Of a stretch of DNA of 16,906 nucleotides, positions 8,913 through 15,656 are shown one piece after another. Location: positions 1-16,906 of the forward strand of contig JBGCDR010000239.1 of assembly GCA_045105515.1 (NCBI GenBank), in the 5' to 3' direction. Every line of letters starts with the position of its first letter. The stretch's first letter is position 1. Origin of the DNA: Oligoflexales bacterium. Its GTDB lineage: Bacteria > Bdellovibrionota_B > Oligoflexia > Oligoflexales > Bog-1112. Both the position numbers and the translations under genes were made by a program. Below the pieces are notes generated by a model. The model had not been told where the DNA came from, ran no database searches, and was given only the letters and a program-made list of their open reading frames with translations.

Positions 8913-9953
8913 TTGGTTGATATTTCTCAAGAATATGGTGATTTCTATTCCAAGCAAAGTTTTCGTCCAAATATTACATATAATCATTTCCTCAATATGC
9001 TAAATTTTGCGTTTAACTTACATTACAATATTGAAGTTGGACCAGATGACTTTTGGAATCTAATAATTCAAGGGGTTTCTACCCATTTATATACAATAGG
9101 AAATGAGCAAACGGATCAAGACAAAAAAATGATACGTGTGCAAATGCCAGATGTCTATGATTTTAAACCCCAGGATTATAAAGCACTATTTACAAGTTTT
9201 TATGATCAGCTTTCCCTAGATATAAAAACTAAGACTCCATTAAAAGATCTTCTAGCAACCGGTATTTTTTCATCTTCACATAAAGAAGATTCGGTAGTGG
9301 GAAGTGTTTCAGCAATGCATGGGTTTGAAAAGTATTATAAATTCGACGGATTTACAAGGTGTGGGATTCCTTTTGTTTATTTACAAGGCAATAACAAAGA
9401 TTGGGATAATATGGTACACGGCATAGAGAGGCTAGAAAATGAGCCTTTGTTAGGAGAGCTTAGAGATTGGCTAGGTATCATAAAAAATCATATTATTACA
9501 ATATCACAAATTTCTCGAAAAGATCTCGGAGGAGAAGCTTTTTTTAAAAGCATGTATAAATATAATTCAAAGAGTGGTGTTAACTTCATATCTGGTTGGA
9601 TAGCTGATTTTTTTCCTTACCGTAATAGTGACAATTTAGATGAGCCTGTTGAACTAGCTGATTTTTCAAGCGGAGGACTAGATCATTTAAGTGAAGATAA
9701 GATCGTTTCATGTCTTACTAGCGTACCATTTACATTGACTGATGATATTAACTCGGTTGTTCAAAGTATGAGAGTCTATGCTGGGCAAGTGGCCTTTTCA
9801 TATGATGCTGAAAGAAAGGCATTGGTCCCGGAAAGAAGCTTCTTGGTGGTAAAAGAAAGCGAAGAGATGATGCCTCCTTCAGACCCTCGGCTACCAAGTA
9901 ACCATCCTAAGAAAAAGGAAATTGATCTATCTGATTTTCTTAAAAATTGGTAG
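8913..9953 (+). CDS. DUF4419-like protein; true start probably upstream at 8639 across a frameshift
   Basis: Motifs AFNLHYNIEVGPDDFWNLIIQG, YYKF...CGIPFVYLQG..DW and ISGWIADFFPY match DUF4419 as I recall it; the reading frame is open back to 8649. Confidence 0.8.
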   Translation: MVDISQEYGDFYSKQSFRPNITYNHFLNMLNFAFNLHYNIEVGPDDFWNLIIQGVSTHLYTIGNEQTDQDKKMIRVQMPDVYDFKPQDYKALFTSFYDQLSLDIKTKTPLKDLLATGIFSSSHKEDSVVGSVSAMHGFEKYYKFDGFTRCGIPFVYLQGNNKDWDNMVHGIERLENEPLLGELRDWLGIIKNHIITISQISRKDLGGEAFFKSMYKYNSKSGVNFISGWIADFFPYRNSDNLDEPVELADFSSGGLDHLSEDKIVSCLTSVPFTLTDDINSVVQSMRVYAGQVAFSYDAERKALVPERSFLVVKESEEMMPPSDPRLPSNHPKKKEIDLSDFLKNW

Positions 9954-10010
9954 ATATTAGACATGAAAACCTCTTAGAATTTCAAACTGCAGCCCAAGCA
10001 TAATCAGAAA

Positions 10011-10991
10011 TCAGGTTTTTATTTTGATAAGGTGGCTTCTTAAAACTAGAAAAATTGACAAAATATGCTTCACAGCTTCCCGATCATGGCTTACAATATC
10101 TTGATCACCGAGAATAGAAATCAAAGGTTTGCTTAATTTGGGCTGCTGAATCAATTTTTTGACTTGATCTAAGATAGATGTAAAATTTTCTTCTCTTGAA
10201 ATTATTGCAAATAGATCTCGATCAATTTTATCATAGTCCAAAAAGTTAAATACTCTATCGCCAGTATTGCTATTTTTCTGAATTACTAAGCGGACAAGAT
10301 GGCCAATATTTCTAGAATGGACACGGTTTTTTCCAAGCTGACCAAGGGCGTAAGCTGAAGCCCAGCCAGTGCTCAAACTATAGAAAACTCCGGTAATTGC
10401 GCAGCCAATCATCCCCCCAAAACAGCATCCATGAAAGCAAACTGGAACCTGGCTTAAAGAACAACAAGCTGGGGAAAAAAACCAGGAAGAACAGCAACCT
10501 AAGCAACACCCTAGTGTTATATTATCAGCATATGCATCTGGTTCGCTTAATTTGAAACTCAAATATCGAAGAGCTTCTTCCTTTTTCTCCTGAGTATCCC
10601 TCTTCATATTTTTTAGAATCTTTAAGGCCCCTATCCAATCTGAATTAGATTCATGATATTCAACAAAATGAAGGAATAGAGCCTCACTAGTGCGAGAATG
10701 TAATGTTTTTGCTAAATTGGAATATTCTCTCTTCAATTTGTGCCAAACAATATCCCATGTAGTGAGTAGTGTCTCAAATGCTAATTCGGCTTCAGCTTCA
10801 GTTTTAACATTTTTTTCAAGCCACTTAGCAAAGATTTCATTTGCTTTATGAGTAAGCTCTGCCCAGTCTCGATTGTTGCTTGTGAAGCTGGTATCAGAGT
10901 AATCTTGATCCTTTTTGGAAGTGGCATAAGAAATGTGGGTAGTTAATGTCAATATTGTAATAAATAAGTAAAAATTTAGGATTTTCAACAT
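10011..10991 (-). CDS. Secreted/membrane hypothetical protein with a Cys-cluster hydrophobic segment (about 326 aa)
   Basis: ATG at 10991 with AAGGAG RBS (11002-11007), preferred over 11012; signal peptide ending ISYA|T; helical regions flanking GCCLGCC..ACC..VCFHGCCFGGMIGC. Confidence 0.8.
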   Translation of the reverse strand: MLKILNFYLFITILTLTTHISYATSKKDQDYSDTSFTSNNRDWAELTHKANEIFAKWLEKNVKTEAEAELAFETLLTTWDIVWHKLKREYSNLAKTLHSRTSEALFLHFVEYHESNSDWIGALKILKNMKRDTQEKKEEALRYLSFKLSEPDAYADNITLGCCLGCCSSWFFSPACCSLSQVPVCFHGCCFGGMIGCAITGVFYSLSTGWASAYALGQLGKNRVHSRNIGHLVRLVIQKNSNTGDRVFNFLDYDKIDRDLFAIISREENFTSILDQVKKLIQQPKLSKPLISILGDQDIVSHDREAVKHILSIFLVLRSHLIKIKT

Positions 10992-11227
10992 ATTCAAATC
11001 ACTCCTTAGCAAGGTTATTAGGTAATCATTAAGACTATGCTTGCCTATATCTACCTATTAGTTTTTTATTTGTAAATCACTACTTAAATCTAGTTACAAT
11101 TGAAAATCCATTCCAATGATGTGACCGTAAGCAGTAAGTTTAAAGAAGAACTTTGTTATCTTTGATTTTAGTAATGCCTTTGATATTCCTACGCTAAATA
11201 ATTTTAGTCAATTTTAGGAGGTACCTA

Positions 11228-11293
11228 ATGGCTGTGGCAATCAAGATGTTGAGTTTCAACATTTTCCCCATTCCCGAGAAATGGGAACAATAA
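11228..11293 (+). CDS. Candidate small protein MAVAIKMLSFNIFPIPEKWEQ (21 aa)
   Basis: Perfect AGGAGG (11216-11221) 6 nt before the ATG, in an otherwise empty spacer of about 490 bp. Confidence 0.3.
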   Translation: MAVAIKMLSFNIFPIPEKWEQ

Positions 11294-11484
11294 AAATCAA
11301 TACTAGCTAGTTTTGTCATTTCAGTATTTGGATTTTATGACTATATTCCATTTTGTGAGAGTTTTATTCAGTTTTAATCTAGAAATAGGTTTTGAATTCG
11401 GCTGCTTTTTCTTCATCTTAAGTTAGATAAAATGTTAATCCTAAAATTGATGTCAAAATTACACCAAAACTATATTCACAAAAT

Positions 11485-11898
11485 TTATGTTTTTTTACTA
11501 CCAAATGAATACCCCTGTTCATCCAACCTTTGAGCAAACATTTTAACACGAGCAAATCCTTTGGATTTTCTCGCTATGATTTTTTTCAAATGCCCCAGCT
11601 CCTGCGCATCCAAAAATACGCCATGACATTTTTGACAAACATCTATTTTAAGACCTTCATCTTCAACATACTCAATTTCTAAAAGTGCTTCTCTACATTT
11701 TTTACACTCAAAATTAGTCCTTTGCCCAAGTTTAACTAATCCATCAAAATCAGGGACATCTTTTTCCGTATCAGTATGAAAAGCAAGTTCATAGCGATCA
11801 AACCAAATACCTTTGCAACCATTAAAACAGTAGTCCATTTCGACCCCATCTTTCGAAAGAAAAACCTTCATGCCAAGATCACATTTTGGACAATTCAT
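11485..11898 (-). CDS. Tandem zf-TFIIB zinc-ribbon domain protein (137 aa)
   Basis: Two repeats: CPKC..MDYCFNGCKGIWFDRYEL and CKKC..IDVCQKCHGVFLDAQEL, matching the C-x2-C...C..C-G-x-W-x-D-x-x-EL pattern; GGAGAAGGG RBS. Confidence 0.92.
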   Translation of the reverse strand: MNCPKCDLGMKVFLSKDGVEMDYCFNGCKGIWFDRYELAFHTDTEKDVPDFDGLVKLGQRTNFECKKCREALLEIEYVEDEGLKIDVCQKCHGVFLDAQELGHLKKIIARKSKGFARVKMFAQRLDEQGYSFGSKKT

Positions 11899-12108
11899 AA
11901 CCCTTCTCCCATATAATTAAGCAATACTTAATAAGCACTGTTAACGAGGCAATCGGACACCTACCCTGATCCATTTAGAGCCAAAGTAAGTAATTTTGAA
12001 ATTTATCCGAACCACAAGATAACGAGTTCCTGTCTTGCGCCTGCAGTAGGGCAGATTGCAAGAACCCTAAGAAACCTTGCGAGAGTAGACGGTAGGAATT
12101 GAATTAAA

Positions 12109-12996
12109 ATGACAAATGAGAGAAAAGATATCAACAGCTTATGGCAAGAATTAAACCAGGCCATGATTCTTCTCTCCCAAGCAAGTGAGCAAAAAAGTTT
12201 AATTGGTATAGAAGGCCAAATCGAAGTACAAAAAAAAATCATAGCAGATATCATGACTTGGTATGAGCAAGTTGACAAAACGGAATATTCTAGCAAAATC
12301 AGCGAGTTGGCTCATGAGCTCAACACTCCTTTAGGAGTTTGCCTTACTGTATCTTCTGTTCTAATGAATGATGCGAAATCACTAGAAGAAGGTTTTAACA
12401 ACGGTTTGAAGCGTTCAGAACTAGAGGAATTTATTCTTAAAAACCTTGAATCAAATCGTATTTTAGCATTCAATTTACAAAGGTCCAAAAATCTAATTAA
12501 AAACTACAGCTTTCTTGATGAAAAAGGAGGACGAGGGCTTAAAGAACAGCTAAATTTAAGAGACTTTTTAAGTGAAATTTGTGAAAGCTTACAACCCAGA
12601 CTAAGAGAAAATGATCATGTCGTAAAAATTAGCTGTGACGAACAATTGAGTATTACTACCTGTTTTGACTCCCTTTCCCAGATTATGGCGAATCTCATCA
12701 TAAACTCGATAAAACATGGTTTTCAGGCTAGAAATCACGGACTTATTGAAATAGCTTGCTCGCAACATGAAGAACAAATTATTCTTGACTATAAAGACAA
12801 TGGCCTGGGGATTTCTAAAGCTAACTTAGCACAAGTATTCACTAAGAATTTTACCACCTCGAAATCCAAAGGAGGAAAGGGGATTGGTCTACACATAGTT
12901 AAGAAAATTATTGAAGAAGAACTTCATGGCTCTATCGAGCTTAGCTCTACCCCTGGGAAAGGGGTTTTATTTAAAATAAGGCTTCCAGCTGGCTAG
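12109..12996 (+). CDS. Histidine kinase (HisKA plus HATPase_c), cytoplasmic, no recognisable sensor domain (295 aa)
   Basis: H-box LAHELNTPLG, N-box QIMANLIINSIKHGF, G1 DNGLGI, F-box VFTKNFTT, G2 GKGIGL; no hydrophobic TM segment. Confidence 0.93.
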   Translation: MTNERKDINSLWQELNQAMILLSQASEQKSLIGIEGQIEVQKKIIADIMTWYEQVDKTEYSSKISELAHELNTPLGVCLTVSSVLMNDAKSLEEGFNNGLKRSELEEFILKNLESNRILAFNLQRSKNLIKNYSFLDEKGGRGLKEQLNLRDFLSEICESLQPRLRENDHVVKISCDEQLSITTCFDSLSQIMANLIINSIKHGFQARNHGLIEIACSQHEEQIILDYKDNGLGISKANLAQVFTKNFTTSKSKGGKGIGLHIVKKIIEEELHGSIELSSTPGKGVLFKIRLPAG

Positions 12997-13030
12997 ATAG
13001 CAGTTTTCCTATGGCTATCAGATTTTTTTT
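12996..13030 (+). terminator. Probable intrinsic terminator after the histidine kinase
   Basis: GATAGC (12996-13001)/GCTATC (13014-13019) stem followed by a T8 run (13023-13030); the loop is large. Confidence 0.4.
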
Positions 13031-13381
13031 CGACTAAAAAGATATTCTTCGCACCTAATGAACTAGGTTTTTCTCTCGATAATTGGATTTCTGCCATAGA
13101 ATCATACCTATCAGCAATACCGAACTCACCTTTAGCCACGAAACCAAGATCCACTAAGGATTCTGACTCTCGCCTAAATGGTGATAAGGCTATGCCATAT
13201 TACATGATCAAGAATGGACTTGGAGTTACACATTTTGTTCACTGTTTATGGACAATCTCACAGCCTGGAATTTCAGGCTAATAATTCCTTCAAAAATTCG
13301 AAACCATCCTCCCACTTTTCAGTATAAGTTGATACTGAGACAGATCCGCGAAGTAATCCAAGCAAGCAGTGGCTTCTTCGT

Positions 13382-14419
13382 CTATTGCATTGCCTTGGAA
13401 CCTGCTATCCATGGCCAAACATTTGCCGCATAAACGTATAAGTTATCTTTGTTCAGTGGAGAGTTGTGGCTAAGTACTACACTTTTATGTTGAGACCTTT
13501 TTGTTGATGTGTTCCTTGGAGAAATAGAAGTCACCCAAGTTCTATGTGACTTGGTTTTGGAGTTTAGCTCACTGATATCTAAAGGCGAACTTGCTTGCAG
13601 CGCTGTAATATCAGTCCAGTTTTTTTTAATAAGATCTATTGCATCTTCATTTTCATGTGCAAAAACTCGAACATCTTGGGTTTCCCAGTTGTCAGAAATC
13701 CAGCCAAAAGACTCTCCACAATCATCTTGTGGTCCTGAAATAAGACCTACTCCAGCAAGCTTTTCACTATACGCAAGATAACCGGCATGTCCAGCACCTT
13801 GAGAATGACCAATCACCCATATTTTTTCCCATTTAGGCTTTGTATGACCTGCGTTACTGTCAATATTTACAAAATATTTATGCCAACCATCCTGAGGATA
13901 TTTTTGATTCAAAAATTGTAAAAGTAAAGTAAGCCTGCCTTCTATTGAGTCAGTCCAATTAATTTTTTGCCATAGATCAGGTTCAGATCCTACACTCCAT
14001 ATTGCATCTTTATGTTGGTTTTTGAGACAGTTTTGATATTCAATTCCAGTATAGGTTTTCCGACACAACTGATTTCTTCTCGCGTCAGGTGAGTTTAGAT
14101 ATTCGTAAGACAAGCCAATAACTGGTCCATCATTTATTGATTTTAGAAAATCAATTGCTTCTTGAGGAGAGGTCCTGGTTCCAGGAAGAAAAACTCTCAG
14201 AATTTGCTCTGAATTTTCATCATCTCCATGCATGTCCAAATTTGGTAATATGATATGATATTCATCAGATATGTAAGTTTGCCCGTCAATCTCAATTGTA
14301 GGGAAAAAGCCTGGATTGATCTCACTTGGACGGATTTTTATTATTTTACTTGCTGGAGAAAAACCATAAGATAGAAGAGAAAAATAAAATAGTATGGCTA
14401 AATTTAGAGCAACATTCAT
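13382..14419 (-). CDS. Secreted alpha/beta-hydrolase (serine esterase/lipase-like; resembles the BPSS1187 family)
   Basis: Nucleophile elbow GHSQGAGHA, oxyanion-region VFLPGT, ISGPQD, candidate catalytic Asp (HENED) and His (SQHKS); signal peptide. ATG 14419 has better RBS spacing than ATG 14425. Confidence 0.88.
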   Translation of the reverse strand: MNVALNLAILFYFSLLSYGFSPASKIIKIRPSEINPGFFPTIEIDGQTYISDEYHIILPNLDMHGDDENSEQILRVFLPGTRTSPQEAIDFLKSINDGPVIGLSYEYLNSPDARRNQLCRKTYTGIEYQNCLKNQHKDAIWSVGSEPDLWQKINWTDSIEGRLTLLLQFLNQKYPQDGWHKYFVNIDSNAGHTKPKWEKIWVIGHSQGAGHAGYLAYSEKLAGVGLISGPQDDCGESFGWISDNWETQDVRVFAHENEDAIDLIKKNWTDITALQASSPLDISELNSKTKSHRTWVTSISPRNTSTKRSQHKSVVLSHNSPLNKDNLYVYAANVWPWIAGSKAMQ

Positions 14420-14572
14420 ATCCATATCCTTTTAAAAGTAGCATCCAAAAAACCTCCTTTATCAATATCACAATAGAAGCGATTCGAATTACGAAAAAAA
14501 GATCATTAACAGACATCTAGAATACTATCCTCCATCTCTTGAACAGAGAAGTTAGATAATTAAGATGCGAGC

Positions 14573-14602
14573 ATAAGTATAAGTATAAGTATAAGTATAA
14601 TT
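14573..14602. repeat. Hexanucleotide tandem repeat (ATAAGT)x4 plus ATAATT
   Basis: Directly visible: ataagt ataagt ataagt ataagt ataatt. Confidence 0.95.
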
Positions 14603-14608
14603 ATAGCA
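14596..14608. promoter_or_regulatory. Back-to-back sigma70 -10 boxes: TATAAT (+, 14596-14601) and extended TGcTATAAT (-, 14608-14600)
   Basis: Sequence tataattatagca lies between the divergent hydrolase and BLUF genes. Confidence 0.5.
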
Positions 14609-14634
14609 TTTTTTAGGTATTAATTGTTTCTGCC

Positions 14635-14650
14635 TATTTGATATCAAATA
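14635..14650. promoter_or_regulatory. Perfect 16-bp palindrome TATTTGATATCAAATA, candidate operator
   Basis: Self-reverse-complementary; about 100 bp upstream of the BLUF start and upstream of the minus-strand extended -10. Confidence 0.45.
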
Positions 14651-14751
14651 CATTGGCGTAGTCTATTCTTAGAATGGTTTCCCCATCTGACCTGAATAGT
14701 CATTTTAATTAAGCTTTGGATTCCTTTAAATGAAAATCCAGGAGACTTCTC

Positions 14752-15204
14752 TTGTATCAGCTTATTTATACTAGCATTCACAACAATCTTAAACCTACGG
14801 AAATCGTAAGCGACATTGTCGAAAAGTCAAAAGCAAATAATCTAAGGGATAACATTACAGGAATTTTAGTTTTTAGTTCAGGTTACTTCCTTCAATGTCT
14901 AGAAGGAGATAAAAGTGCCATCAATACCACGTTTATTAATATTACTAAAGATAGCAGGCACTTTAATCTCAATCTTATCTCCTATGAACAAGTATTTGGG
15001 CGAACTTTTCCTTACTGGACGATGGCTTTTATCGCTCAAAAAGATATTGATAAAGGAGCCTATTTTAGGCACGGCATAACAGAGTTTAACCCTTATAAGA
15101 TGGACTCAAAAGCGGTCCTCCCGTTCTTGAGAGGACTAGGTCTAGTGTACACAGACAAAATGGCTCACCCACTAGAGTTTGACCCTTACAAAGGGTACGT
15201 TTAA
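14752..15204 (+). CDS. Standalone BLUF-domain blue-light photoreceptor (150 aa)
   Basis: Conserved Tyr (LIYTS), S..NN...ITGIL, photoactive Gln (FLQCLEG), DSRH and F..WTM; short C-terminal cap with no output domain; TTG start with AGGAG RBS (14740-14744). Confidence 0.95.
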   Translation: MYQLIYTSIHNNLKPTEIVSDIVEKSKANNLRDNITGILVFSSGYFLQCLEGDKSAINTTFINITKDSRHFNLNLISYEQVFGRTFPYWTMAFIAQKDIDKGAYFRHGITEFNPYKMDSKAVLPFLRGLGLVYTDKMAHPLEFDPYKGYV

Positions 15205-15264
15205 CGAGGTTGTTTTATAGGTTTTTGCTATTTATAAACTTTTGCTACACATAATTCCAACGCC

Positions 15265-15317
15265 AAAGAGTTCAAAACTCTTTCTGGGCCGTCTGTTTGA
15301 GCTGATCCAGGCGGCCC
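15265..15317. other. Twin adjacent stem-loops downstream of BLUF
   Basis: AAAGAGTT-caa-AACTCTTT (15265-15283) and GGGCCGTCTG...CAGGCGGCCC (15286-15317, 10 bp including one G-U). Confidence 0.6.
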
Positions 15318-15656
15318 TCCAATACGTTCAAAATATCTCAGGCTATTAAATATATTTAACAAAATTACTACCGAAATATCGCACAATCTATAAAAAATGG
15401 GTTATATTTGCCCTATTTTTAATCAGATTTGGCTGATATTTTAATCAAGATATAGGTCAGCGGGCTTGCAGTGACTGCCTGTTTCACAGCTGTCAGCGGT
15501 TATGAGGCTTTGCATTTTGTACGATGCTACAATACTTCAGGATATAAATTATTTCATTGGAAAACCTAGACTGACAGCTATAAGAAGCGTAGTGTCATAC
15601 GTGCATTGACTCTTATCCCTCACATCCTGTTCTATGGAAAAAAGAGGTGCCATTAG

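Noticed and set aside
12033..12063. Interrupted hairpin TCTTGC..CTGC..GCAG..GCAAGA upstream of the kinase as a riboswitch
   Set aside because: Short bulged stem with no c-di-GMP or other aptamer consensus; could be chance.
13262..13279. Hairpin AGCCTGG-aatt-TCAGGCT as the hydrolase terminator
   Set aside because: No U-tract on the minus strand and about 100 nt from the stop codon; function not supportable.
14573..14602. Repeat as a CRISPR array or iterons
   Set aside because: The unit is only 6 nt with no spacers, and there is no cas or rep gene in the window.
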